Part shown: piece by piece, positions 1 to 8,759 of the stretch | How the letters are laid out: every line of letters begins with the position of its first letter | How positions within the stretch are numbered: the first letter of the stretch is position 1 | Source of the DNA: Myxococcota bacterium | GTDB lineage: Bacteria > Myxococcota_A > UBA9160 > UBA6930 | Direction of reading: 5' to 3' | Assembly (NCBI GenBank): GCA_965223705.1 | Contig: OZ245015.1 | Location: 4,128,001 to 4,192,000 of the forward strand | Length of the DNA: 64,000 bases | Program-made: the position numbers and the translations under genes | Notes under the pieces: generated by a model | What the model saw: only the letters and a program-made list of their open reading frames with translations | Told to the model about the DNA's origin: nothing | Database searches by the model: none

Positions 1-357
1 GCGCTCCTGGACTTGGAGCCTCCGGGAGAACATCTCCACCAGACGGGGAATCTTCGATAGACCGACGACCTTCCCGTTCGGGATATAGGCCACGTGGGCG
101 CGGCCGAAAAACGGGAGCATGTGATGCTCGCAGAGGCTGTAGAACCCGATGTCCTTCACCAGCACCATCTCGTCGTAGGAGACTTCGAACAGCGCGTTGT
201 TGAGGATCGAAACCGGGTCCTGCCCGTAGCCACTCGTGAGGAAGCGCATCGACTTCGCGACCCGAGACGGCGTGCGCTGCAGCCCGTCTCGGTCGGGGTC
301 CTCTCCGAGCTCCGTCAAGACCTCCCGAACGTAACTTTCGATGGAATCGCTACTCAC
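1..357 (-). CDS. folE: GTP cyclohydrolase I (5' part; runs off window edge)
   Basis: Manual translation from GTG at 357: ...[19 protein letters not shown]...[56 protein letters not shown], with the canonical FolE CEHH and RLQVQER motifs. Not in the ORF track because it is truncated. Confidence 0.93.
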   Translation of the reverse strand, partial: MSSDSIESYVREVLTELGEDPDRDGLQRTPSRVAKSMRFLTSGYGQDPVSILNNALFEVSYDEMVLVKDIGFYSLCEHHMLPFFGRAHVAYIPNGKVVGLSKIPRLVEMFSRRLQVQER

Positions 358-423
358 GGGCCCTCCCGGCAAAGGTTCCGAGAGTGCAACGCCTAGGCGC
401 CCGATTCAAGCGCGGGACGCCGG

Positions 424-1026
424 TCAGTATTTGCGGAGGAGGCCGCGGACGACCCCGCGGATCGTCACTTCCGAAGCGTGGAGTTCGATGGGGCGCAGTG
501 CCCGATTGGCGGGCTCGAGGGTCACCTTGTTGCCGCGCTTGAAGAACTTCTTCAGCGTCGCCTCACTGTCGCGCACGAGGGCGACGACGGTTTGGCCGTT
601 TCTCGCTTGGCTCGTGCTCTCGACGACCACGAAATCGCCGCTCTGGATATGCTCCTCGATCATCGAATCGCCTCGCACCTCCAGGGCAAACGTCTCCGAG
701 GGTCGGTGCACCATTTCCCGCGGCACCGACAAGGTCTCCTGCACTTCGATCGCCTCGATCGGCGCGCCGGCGGCCACCAAGCCGAGCAGCGGGATTTCCA
801 TGGTGCTGTCTGCCGAGCGCTGAATCGGCTCGACAGAACGCGAGTGATTCCACGACTTGCGCAGATAGCCCTTCGCAACGAGGTGGTGGATGTGCTTGTG
901 TACGGTCGCGACGGATGACAGCCCGAAGTGTTCGCCGATCTCCTTGAGACTCGGCGAATACCCTCGGTCGGCTACAAAGTCACGGATGTAGTCGAAGATT
1001 TCGTGCTGTCGTCGTGTAAGCGCCAC
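424..1026 (-). CDS. lexA: SOS repressor LexA
   Basis: N-terminal wHTH (LTRRQ..GYSPSLKEIG), Ala-Gly cleavage site (VAAGAP), catalytic Ser (VRGDSM) and Lys (ATLKKF); GGAGGAG RBS. Confidence 0.97.
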   Translation of the reverse strand: MALTRRQHEIFDYIRDFVADRGYSPSLKEIGEHFGLSSVATVHKHIHHLVAKGYLRKSWNHSRSVEPIQRSADSTMEIPLLGLVAAGAPIEAIEVQETLSVPREMVHRPSETFALEVRGDSMIEEHIQSGDFVVVESTSQARNGQTVVALVRDSEATLKKFFKRGNKVTLEPANRALRPIELHASEVTIRGVVRGLLRKY

Positions 1027-1046
1027 AACTCCTCCGCCTGATCGGT

Positions 1047-1078
1047 CGGAACAGTGGCGAAACTACGACGAAAGTCAA
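1047..1078 (-). promoter_or_regulatory. lexA promoter with overlapping candidate LexA operator (11-bp-period repeats)
   Basis: Minus strand reads TTGACT-ttcgtcgtagtttcgc-CACTGT. Three hexamers CTTTCG/GTTTCG/GTTCCG at an 11-bp period overlap the -35/-10 region. Confidence 0.55.
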
Positions 1079-1104
1079 GGCCTACGCGAGGCCCGGTACA
1101 AGAA

Positions 1105-1317
1105 TCAGCCCATCTTCTCTCGGGCGCGATCGATATCCGCGTCCATGATCGTCTTGCGCTTGTCGGCGATCGCGGAGGCGTGTGCTTCGCGCGCGAGACG
1201 AGCGAGGTAGTCCTCGGTCGCGCTCACCGCACGTTCGATCGCCGACCCCGAAACACGCAGGCCGTCGCCGTGCTTCGAGACCAGTCGCTTTACTACAGCG
1301 TTGGGTATATCACCCAT
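1105..1317 (-). CDS. Histone-fold protein (single fold, archaeal HMf-like bacterial histone), 70 aa
   Basis: MGDIPNAVVKRL..LRVS..AIERAV..LAREA..KRKTIMDADIDRA matches the HMf pattern (MGELP..GRII..RVS..RKTIKAEDIELA), including the L1 RVS motif and the RKTIxxxD clamp; AGGAG RBS. Confidence 0.85.
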   Translation of the reverse strand: MGDIPNAVVKRLVSKHGDGLRVSGSAIERAVSATEDYLARLAREAHASAIADKRKTIMDADIDRAREKMG

Positions 1318-1356
1318 GGGTCACTCCTATGGAGACCGTCCGGTGGGGGCGAGCGG

Positions 1357-1385
1357 AATCTAGGAACGGGAAACCGCTCCGTCAA
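1357..1385 (-). promoter_or_regulatory. sigma70-type promoter of the histone gene
   Basis: TTGACG-N17-TAGATT on the minus strand (1385-1380 and 1362-1357); a GAGCGG-N17-CCGCTC inverted repeat (1351-1379) overlaps it. Confidence 0.65.
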
Positions 1386-1399
1386 CACGATCCCTGAGG

Positions 1400-2599
1400 C
1401 TAGGTCCCCCCGGCCGCTGCTTCCGCCGCACGGACCACCGCGGTGATCGCTACGCCGTGGCGGAGCGCCAAGCGCCTGCAGTCGTCGTACTCCGCGGACA
1501 CCGAGGCCGAACCATCCGGTTTTTGGGCGATTTTGACCCGCACCGCCCCGTACTCCGTCGAGACGCGTCGGGATTCCCGGGCGAGCACCCACCGATCGGA
1601 CTCGCCGTAGCGGACGCCCAAGGTTCCGGTCTCGAGAAACAGACGCTCGGCCACAGGCTGACGCCGATCCGGCGGGCACAGGATCCGCAGCGCAAAGCCC
1701 GGCCGGTTTTTCTTTCCGATCGTGTGGGTAAGGGAGACGTCCACGGCTCCCGCATCGAGCAGCCGCTCCAGTACGTAGTCGTAGTGCTCGGGCTGAAGGT
1801 CGTCGAGCTGCGTCTCGATCACGCCGATGCGATCGGATCGGGCGAAGGGCACCTGGCCGAGCACGGCGCGCAGGACGTTCGGCAGCGAGCCTTCCCGCTC
1901 GTTGCCCGCGCCGTAGCCGACGCGGTCGATCACCATCTCGGGGAGCTGCCGAAATTCGTCGACCAACACGCGAAGGAGCGTCGCCCCGGTCGGCGTGACC
2001 GTCTCCCAAGCGATGTCCGCCGGGGCCACCGGAATGCCGCGCAGCAGTTCGAGCGTGGCGGGTGCCGGAACCGGCAGCGTGCCGTGCGCGGTCTCGACCT
2101 GGCCGTGCCCGAGGCTCGGCGGCGTCGCTGTGATCCGCCGAATCCCGAGCGCGTGGGTCGCGAAGGCCGCGCCGACGATGTCGACCAACGCGTCGACGGC
2201 GCCGACTTCGTGAAAGTGGATGTCGTCCACCGAGACGCCGTGAATCTTCGCTTCGGCCCGAGCGAGCGCGAGGAACATCGCCAGCGCCCGCTCGCGAACG
2301 GGCTCTTCGAGCTTCGCGCCCTCGATGCGGTTGCCGATCTCTTCGAGTGTGCGCCGACCGACGGGCTTGCCGCCGCCGCCGACAGCGACGTAGCGAGCGG
2401 CGATCGCGCCACGCATCACCTTGCGGACCCGCAGCGAAAAGGGGACGCCCAACCCGTCGAGGCCCTCGACGAGCTCTTTGCGCGACAAGCCGAGGTCGAA
2501 AAGAGCGCCGAGAAACATATTGCCCGCGATGCCGGAAAAGGTGTCGAGGTGCAGGATCTGTTCGCCGCGAGCGGCGCCCTTCGTTTTCTTCCGACTCAT
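1400..2599 (-). CDS. larC: Nickel pincer cofactor biosynthesis protein LarC (Ni insertase)
   Basis: SGIAGNMFLGAL, IHFHEVGAVDA, HGTLPVPAPAT, VTPTGA, KKNRPG, ETGTLGVR and EYDDC motifs. Confidence 0.93.
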   Translation of the reverse strand: MSRKKTKGAARGEQILHLDTFSGIAGNMFLGALFDLGLSRKELVEGLDGLGVPFSLRVRKVMRGAIAARYVAVGGGGKPVGRRTLEEIGNRIEGAKLEEPVRERALAMFLALARAEAKIHGVSVDDIHFHEVGAVDALVDIVGAAFATHALGIRRITATPPSLGHGQVETAHGTLPVPAPATLELLRGIPVAPADIAWETVTPTGATLLRVLVDEFRQLPEMVIDRVGYGAGNEREGSLPNVLRAVLGQVPFARSDRIGVIETQLDDLQPEHYDYVLERLLDAGAVDVSLTHTIGKKNRPGFALRILCPPDRRQPVAERLFLETGTLGVRYGESDRWVLARESRRVSTEYGAVRVKIAQKPDGSASVSAEYDDCRRLALRHGVAITAVVRAAEAAAGGT

Positions 2600-2630
2600 G
2601 ACTCGCGGCCTACCCGGGTTGCAGCGGCCG

Positions 2631-3383
2631 TCATCGCTCGCGGTTGATCAAGGTAGCCACGACCGCGGCGCTGGTTCCATTGTCGATGTTCACGACGCTG
2701 ACGTTCGACGCACAGGAAGAAAGCATGCCCAGGAGCGCGGCCACGCCGCCGAACGATGCGCCGTAACCCGTGCTCGTCGGCACCGCGATCACCGGGCGGT
2801 CCACGAGCCCGGCCACAACGGAGGGCAGCGCGCCCTCCATACCCGCGACCACGATGAGCACGTGCGCAGCCCGCAATTGCGCGAGACGGTCGAGCAGGCG
2901 GTGGAGGCCCGCGACACCGACGTCCTCGACACATTCCACTTTGTTGCCGAGGCGGCGTGCGACAACGGCGGCCTCCGCTACGACCGGTGCATCGGCGCTC
3001 CCGGCGCTCACGACGAGCACGGTGCCGACCCCGGTGATGGGGACTTCGCCGGGCCCCCACCAAAGCGTGCGGCTCGCCGCGTCGTATTCCGCCCCCGGAA
3101 AGAGCGCGAGCGTATCCCGAGCCAGTTCGGCGTCGACGCGCGTCGCCAGCGCGGGCTGATTCGAATCGCGCAGCCCGCGTGCAACCGCGGCCAAGGTCTC
3201 CGGGGTTTTTCCGGCGCCGAAAATGATCTCGGGCAGGCCCTGTCGAACCGCGCGATGGGTATCGACGCGCGCGCCCGGAACGTCGCGGAACGGAAGCTCC
3301 GCCAACGCGACCATCGCGTTCTCGGGGGAAAGCGCACCCCTCTGGACGCGCTCGAGAAGTTCTAGCAACTGCTCTTTTTGCAC
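2631..3383 (-). CDS. larB: Nickel pincer cofactor biosynthesis protein LarB (PurE-like carboxylase/hydrolase)
   Basis: PEIIFGAGKT, DVGVAGLHRL, VAGMEGALPSVV, PVIAVPTSTGYGA, VVNIDNG. Confidence 0.94.
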   Translation of the reverse strand: MQKEQLLELLERVQRGALSPENAMVALAELPFRDVPGARVDTHRAVRQGLPEIIFGAGKTPETLAAVARGLRDSNQPALATRVDAELARDTLALFPGAEYDAASRTLWWGPGEVPITGVGTVLVVSAGSADAPVVAEAAVVARRLGNKVECVEDVGVAGLHRLLDRLAQLRAAHVLIVVAGMEGALPSVVAGLVDRPVIAVPTSTGYGASFGGVAALLGMLSSCASNVSVVNIDNGTSAAVVATLINRER

Positions 3384-3430
3384 CGACGGAACCCTATCAG
3401 AGGGCCACGGTGCGGCCCATGGTCCGGGGC

Positions 3431-3982
3431 CTACGGTTCTTCGGGGAAGAGCGTGACGGGAATGCGGTAGAGCCCTTCGCGGTCGCGCACGGCGGTTTCC
3501 ACGCGCATCACGCTGCCGGTGCCACGGCGAACGGCCGACACCGCTTCGAGGGCAATACTTCCGTCGCGCGGAACGAGCACCGGAACCGAGGGCCGGAGGT
3601 CTAGCGCCAAGAGCGTTCCGATGGCGCCGATCAAGTGCGAGGCGAGGATGTTCGCCACTTCCTGAAGCGCCGAAACGCGGAGCGCTTCGCGATGGTCGGG
3701 TCCGAGCAGCGTTTCGCCGAGGCGAGCGGCGGTACCTTCGGGAAAACGAATCGCAACGGTTCCGCGAACGGGCCCTTCGATCTCAAAGAACGCAGCAGCG
3801 CACGTGGGTTCCGGATCGCGCGCACCGACGGCGGAGAGAGCCAACACCTGCGGGACATCCATCCAGCACTGCTTTTCGAGAAGAACGGCGAGGGCATCCG
3901 CGGCGTGGCCCGCGCCGACGTTCACCATCTCACGAAGGCGATCGACCCGATCGGACAGAACGTGGCAAGACAGTTGCGTCAT
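3431..3982 (-). CDS. cheC: CheC-family CheY-P phosphatase (DifG-like)
   Basis: Two ExxN motifs (LREMVNVGAGHAADAL; SALQEVANIL); start overlaps the cheA stop. Confidence 0.85.
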   Translation of the reverse strand: MTQLSCHVLSDRVDRLREMVNVGAGHAADALAVLLEKQCWMDVPQVLALSAVGARDPEPTCAAAFFEIEGPVRGTVAIRFPEGTAARLGETLLGPDHREALRVSALQEVANILASHLIGAIGTLLALDLRPSVPVLVPRDGSIALEAVSAVRRGTGSVMRVETAVRDREGLYRIPVTLFPEEP

Positions 3983-5597
3983 AGGAGGTGGTGGAGATCC
4001 AATGTGAAGACCGGGCTGCCGTTCCCGAGGACAGTGAGCCCGGCGAGCGCTCGGGCCGCGTCGAGGAACGCCGGCACGGGCTTGACGTAAATTTCTTCTT
4101 GGCCCGCGAGCCGGGTGACCCGGAGCGCGATCCGCGCGCCGCGAACTTCGGTGAGAACCAGGATCGCCGGCCCGTCTCCCGGATCGCTGGACGGGAGCGC
4201 CAGGGTTTCGGCCAGGTCGATCACCGGTACGGGCTCGTCATCGATCAAGGCGAACGCTTCCCGCCCGCTGTGCTCGATCGTTTCCTGCGTCACTTCGAGC
4301 GCGCGCTCCACCTTGCCGATGGGGATCGCGACCATCTCGTTCGAAACGCCCACCAGCAGCACGCGCTGGACGGCGGCGGTGACGGGAACACCGAGGGCTG
4401 TCGACGTGCCGACGCCGAGCTGCGATTCGAGCTCGACCCAGCCGCCAAGGGACTCGACAGTCGCTTTGACGGCATCCATTCCGACGCCCCGACCAGAGAT
4501 CTCGGACACTTCATCGCGCGTGGAGAGACCGGGGCGGAAGACGAGCGCTGCGACTTCGCTCGCCGGAAGATCCTCAGCCAAATCGGCGTGGAGAAGGCCG
4601 GCGTCGACGGCGCGATCGCGAACGGATTCGAGGTCGATCCCGCCCCCGTCGTCACGGACAACCAGGCGAATCGAGTCTTTTTCGCGCTGGGCCGAGACCA
4701 CGATCTGCCCGACGCGATTCTTGCCCCGGCGGACCCGCTCATCGGGGTCCTCGATTCCGTGGTCCACCGCGTTGCGCACGAGGTGAACGAGGGGATCGCT
4801 CAGGCGATCGAGAATGGCGCGGTCGAGCTCGAGCTCCGCACCCTCGAAGACCACTTCGACTTTCTTGCCGGCGGCTCGCGCGACGTCGCGGGCCACCCTC
4901 GGCAGGGGGTCGAGCACGCGCAACAGCGGCGCTGTCCGCAGGGAAAGCGCCCGACGCTGTAGCTCACTGACCGCTCGATCCATGCGGTCGAGCCCCGACG
5001 AAACCGTCCCGCTGGATTCTTCGGAACCGATACGCACCTGCCGAGACGTCAGCACGACTTCGCCTACGGTCGACAGAAAGCGATCCAACGTCTCGGTGCG
5101 GACCCGGACGCTCGGCGTCGCCGTCGGTCCTTTCGCGGGCTGGGCGTCGGCTGGACCTACCGACGCCCGGGCGCTTTTTTTGGTTCTCGCCGCTCGTGGG
5201 TTTCGATCGGCGGCTCATCGCTCGGAACGACCGGCACGGCCAACGCCTCGAGCAGCTCGGCGCCAGCGGCCGGAACCTCGCGGCCCTCGCGAACCGTTGC
5301 CACCATTCCCTCGAGACCTTCGAGTCCGTGAAAGAGAGCGGACAGGCCCGCTTCGTCTATGTGTCCCTCGGTGCGATACGCGTCCATGCGATCTTCCAAG
5401 CGATGCGCCACGTCGGCGATGCTGTCGTAACCGATAGAGGCGGCCATCCCCTTGATCGAGTGAGCCATTCGAAAGGCCGTGTCGATCGCCTCCGCTCGGT
5501 CGGGATCTTTTTCCAGTGCGAGCAATTCTCTCGAGAGCTCGGCGAGATGCTCCGTCGCCTCCTCGAGAAAGAGCTTCTTATACTTCTCGAGATCCAC
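3979..5597 (-). CDS. cheA: Chemotaxis histidine kinase CheA (DifE-like), split by a -1 frame change at about 5175-5181
   Basis: The HPt domain (GTG 5597; FLEEATEHL..FRMAHSIKGMA) ends at TAG 5157-5159. The -1 frame continues KKSARASVGPADAQPAKGPTATPSVRVRTETLDR into the dimerisation, HATPase (HLVRNAVDHG, DDGGG, SGRGVGMD) and CheW-like domains. The joined product is 539 aa. Confidence 0.9.
5142..5181 (-). other. Candidate -1 programmed ribosomal frameshift signal
   Basis: mRNA: CC A_AAA_AAA, 6-nt spacer GCGCCC, stem GGGCGUCGG, loop UAGGUCCAG, stem CCGACGCCC (perfect 9 bp). Confidence 0.7.
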
Positions 5598-5968
5598 TAC
5601 TCGCTCTTCTCGAGCACCTTCCCGAGCGTCGCGATTACGGCTTCGGGTTTGAACGGCTTCACGATGAAGTCGAGCGCGCCGGCTTCCAGGGCCTCGGCGA
5701 CGAGGGACTCTTGGCCGAGCGCGCTGCACATCACGATCGCCGCGTTGGGATCGACCTTCACGATGGTTTTGACCGCATCGATTCCGGATCGCTTCGGCAT
5801 CACGATATCCATCATCGTGACGGTGGGGTGCAGCTCCTCCCACTTGTCGACGACTTCGAAGCCGTCGGAAGCTTCTCCGACCACTTCCCAACCTTCCGGC
5901 TCCACAATGTCTCGGATCATCTGCCGCATGAACGATGCGTCATCGGCGACGAGGATACGCTTCATCAA
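5597..5968 (-). CDS. cheY: Single-domain response regulator CheY (DifD-like)
   Basis: ILVADD, MDIVMP, MCSALGQ, FIVKPF. Confidence 0.93.
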   Translation of the reverse strand: MMKRILVADDASFMRQMIRDIVEPEGWEVVGEASDGFEVVDKWEELHPTVTMMDIVMPKRSGIDAVKTIVKVDPNAAIVMCSALGQESLVAEALEAGALDFIVKPFKPEAVIATLGKVLEKSE

Positions 5969-6429
5969 AAACCTCCGTGCAGCGAGCTCTCTCCGACGAC
6001 GCCGCGCCGAAAAATCTCACCGACTTGTTGAATCAATTTCTGGGGATCCAGAATTTGCACGACGCGCCCATCGATGGGCCGACGCTCTGCGACGATCGAA
6101 CCGTCCCGCGCGCGCGAGGCGTGGCCGTCGACCAGACCGCAGACGCGGTCGACGGGGACGCCGATCCGAGCGCTCTCCTCGGCTTCGGCCAGGACGAGCA
6201 GGTGCTCCGGCGTCTCGAGATCATTGCGATCGATCTCGAACAAGACTTCCCGGTGGATTACCGGGAGCGCATCGCCGTGGTGATTGGTGATCGCTCCGGT
6301 TCGAGGCGGGACCGTGGGGATACACGCGAGCGGACCGAGCTCTGCCACCTCGGCGACGGATGCGATGGGAAGGGCGTAGGTCGTCTCGTCGACCTCGAAC
6401 AACAAGAGACGCGCCGCCGGACCGTTCAT
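5965..6429 (-). CDS. cheW: CheW coupling protein (DifC-like)
   Basis: [48 protein letters not shown]; lies between the MCP and cheY. Confidence 0.85.
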   Translation of the reverse strand: MNGPAARLLLFEVDETTYALPIASVAEVAELGPLACIPTVPPRTGAITNHHGDALPVIHREVLFEIDRNDLETPEHLLVLAEAEESARIGVPVDRVCGLVDGHASRARDGSIVAERRPIDGRVVQILDPQKLIQQVGEIFRRGVVGESSLHGGF

Positions 6430-7697
6430 GACTCGCTGCCGTTTCCCGCTCGGAAGCGCTGCGACAGTGTCCGCATCGCGTCCGCGCGCTGCGTCAAGGC
6501 TTCGGCGGAGCCGACGATCTCGCCCATGGAGTCGAGCTGCTGTTTCGACGCTCCGGCGACTTCTTCCATCGACGCTGCGTTCGTCTCGGCGACCCGGCCG
6601 ATCTCCTGCATCGACTGCACCATGCGTTCGGCGTCTTGCGACTGATTGTCGGCCTCGTTGAAGATCTCTTCGGCGCGCGCCGCGGCTTCGCCGACGGCAC
6701 CGCGAATCTGTTCCAGCGAGAGAGCGATCGTGTTCACGTCCTCGCGACCCTCGCCGATGACCTGGCCGGACTCCCGCATCTCGTCCGCCACGTTCTGCGT
6801 GTCGCCCTCGATCTCGTTGATGAGCTTCGAAATCTCGTCGGCACTTCGTGCGGCGCTCTCGGCGAGCTTGCGGATCTCGTCGGCGACGACCGCGAAGCCG
6901 CGCCCCGCCTCGCCGGCGCGCGCGGCCTCGATCGACGCGTTCAACGACAGCAGGTTCGTTCGCGACGCGACGCTCGTAATGATCTCGGTGATCTGGTGAA
7001 CGTGTCGGGTTTTCGCTTCGAGCTGGAAGACCATCGCTCCCGACTGCTCGACGCGTTCGAAGACACTGCGCATCTTTTCAATCGCGAGCCGCGAGACGTC
7101 GACACCCGAGTTCGCTTTCTGATTCGCTTCGGCCGCGAAGCCAAACGCTTCGCGCGCCCGTCCGGCGTTGAGCTCGATGGCGCTCGCCATTTCGCCCGCG
7201 AGACGCGTCACGTCCTCGATGAGGCGCTGTTGCTGTGCGACACCCGCCGCGACTTCGCCGACCGTGGTGCAGATCCCCTCGCCGCTGCTGCTGATCGAAC
7301 TCGAGGCACTCGCCAGGTGAGCGGCGGCAAAAGAAACGCCTTCCGACGTCGATTGGACCTCGCGCACGAGTTCGCGTAGCGCCTCGAGCATGTTCGAAAG
7401 ACCGGCCACGAAATCGTGTCGCTCGTCGGGAAACTGCGGCGACGCACGCAGTGCGGCGATGTCCGAAAGATCGCCTGCTCCCATCCGTTCCGCAGCGGCC
7501 AGAAGCTCGTGTTGGTGGTGCAGGAAACCGCGAGACGCGACGAATCCGGCGGCGGCGGCGAGGCCCGCGCAGAGAATCAACCCGACCCAAGCGGGCGCCC
7601 CCGCCCAAATCGCCCGGGTCGCCCACGGCGTGAGTGCGCCGAGCCACGCGATGGCGACGGTCGCAGCGACGAACTTATGGGTGAGTGATAGCCGCAC
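6426..7697 (-). CDS. Methyl-accepting chemotaxis protein with two TM helices and no periplasmic sensor domain (DifA-like)
   Basis: Signalling hairpin [34 protein letters not shown]; two closely spaced N-terminal hydrophobic helices and a HAMP-like segment. Confidence 0.93.
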   Translation of the reverse strand: MRLSLTHKFVAATVAIAWLGALTPWATRAIWAGAPAWVGLILCAGLAAAAGFVASRGFLHHQHELLAAAERMGAGDLSDIAALRASPQFPDERHDFVAGLSNMLEALRELVREVQSTSEGVSFAAAHLASASSSISSSGEGICTTVGEVAAGVAQQQRLIEDVTRLAGEMASAIELNAGRAREAFGFAAEANQKANSGVDVSRLAIEKMRSVFERVEQSGAMVFQLEAKTRHVHQITEIITSVASRTNLLSLNASIEAARAGEAGRGFAVVADEIRKLAESAARSADEISKLINEIEGDTQNVADEMRESGQVIGEGREDVNTIALSLEQIRGAVGEAAARAEEIFNEADNQSQDAERMVQSMQEIGRVAETNAASMEEVAGASKQQLDSMGEIVGSAEALTQRADAMRTLSQRFRAGNGSES

Positions 7698-7705
7698 AAC
7701 GAGGT

Positions 7706-7733
7706 CTATCGGCGACCTCGCCGGGGTGCTTGA
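7706..7733 (-). promoter_or_regulatory. Candidate sigma28 (FliA)-type promoter of the chemosensory operon
   Basis: TCAAG-N15-GCCGATAG, 8 nt upstream of the MCP GTG start. Confidence 0.55.
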
Positions 7734-7760
7734 CCGACGGTGCTCTCGCCGGAACTTGCG

Positions 7761-8729
7761 TTAGAAGTGCCGCCAGCCTGCGCCACGGCGAATGCGGCCG
7801 TTTCGGTAACGGAGGTTTCGCGCGGTGATGATCCCGATCTGACGAACTGGCACACCGATCCGAGCCGCGATGCTGGCCTCGCTCCCGGCGCGCGGGGACG
7901 CGGTGAAGAGCAACTCGTAGTCCTCTCCGAAAGCGGTCAATACATCGAGCGGCCGCTTTCCCAGCCGTTCGCAGGCGCGATCGAAACCCCGCCGCCGCGG
8001 CAGCGTCGCCAGATCGATCTCCGCGCCGACTCGAGAGGCTTTCGCGAGATGCGCCAGGTCGGACAAGAGCCCGTCGGAGAGATCGATACATGCGCCGACG
8101 CCCGGCAGACGCGCCAGGCGTCGACCGGCTTCGACGCGCGGTTGCGGCAGCGGGATGCGGTGCGCCGGGCGCCGCCCGGGGTCGGCGGCTCGCCGCGCGT
8201 GGGCGAGGCCCGCCTCTCCCAGGCGACCGGTCACGAAAACTCGCTGTCCGACCCGAGCACCGGATCGCGTGAGGGCCGTGCCGCGCGAGACGGCTCCGAC
8301 CACCGTCGTGTGCAGGGAGAATTGCCGCGCTCGCGTGACGTTCCCGCCGACCACGGGACAACCGAGCGATCGCCCGGCGCGCGCCGCGCCGCGCAAGGCA
8401 CCCCGCGCGAGCGCCGCATCGCTTGAGGGCGGAGCGGCGAGGGACAAGAGTGCGCCCAACGGGCGCGCGCCCATCGCCGCGAGATCGGACAGGGCGCCCC
8501 GCAGCGCGCGAGCGCCGATCCGTGCCGGTCGCTCGGCGTCGATGCGAAAATGAACTCCGTCGACGACGGCGTCGACGCTCAGAGCGACATCTTCGCCGGG
8601 CTTCGGGCGCAGCAGCGCTGCGTCGTCGCCGATGCCCAGGTGGATTCCCGACGAAGCCTCGGCGTCCTTGCGCGCCTCGCGCTCGATCTGTTCGATGAGG
8701 CCGAATTCGCCGAGTTCCCGGAGCTGCAT
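7761..8729 (-). CDS. thiL: Thiamine-monophosphate kinase
   Basis: LGEFGLI, GIGDDAA, LSDLAAMGARP, CIDLSDGL, GEDYELLFT. Confidence 0.95.
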   Translation of the reverse strand: MQLRELGEFGLIEQIEREARKDAEASSGIHLGIGDDAALLRPKPGEDVALSVDAVVDGVHFRIDAERPARIGARALRGALSDLAAMGARPLGALLSLAAPPSSDAALARGALRGAARAGRSLGCPVVGGNVTRARQFSLHTTVVGAVSRGTALTRSGARVGQRVFVTGRLGEAGLAHARRAADPGRRPAHRIPLPQPRVEAGRRLARLPGVGACIDLSDGLLSDLAHLAKASRVGAEIDLATLPRRRGFDRACERLGKRPLDVLTAFGEDYELLFTASPRAGSEASIAARIGVPVRQIGIITARNLRYRNGRIRRGAGWRHF

Positions 8730-8759
8730 CGCGGAGAGGCTAGCTTGCTCCGAAGCGGT

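Noticed and set aside
1400..2599. Possible programmed frameshift in larC (known in some lactobacilli)
   Set aside because: larC is a single uninterrupted ORF here.
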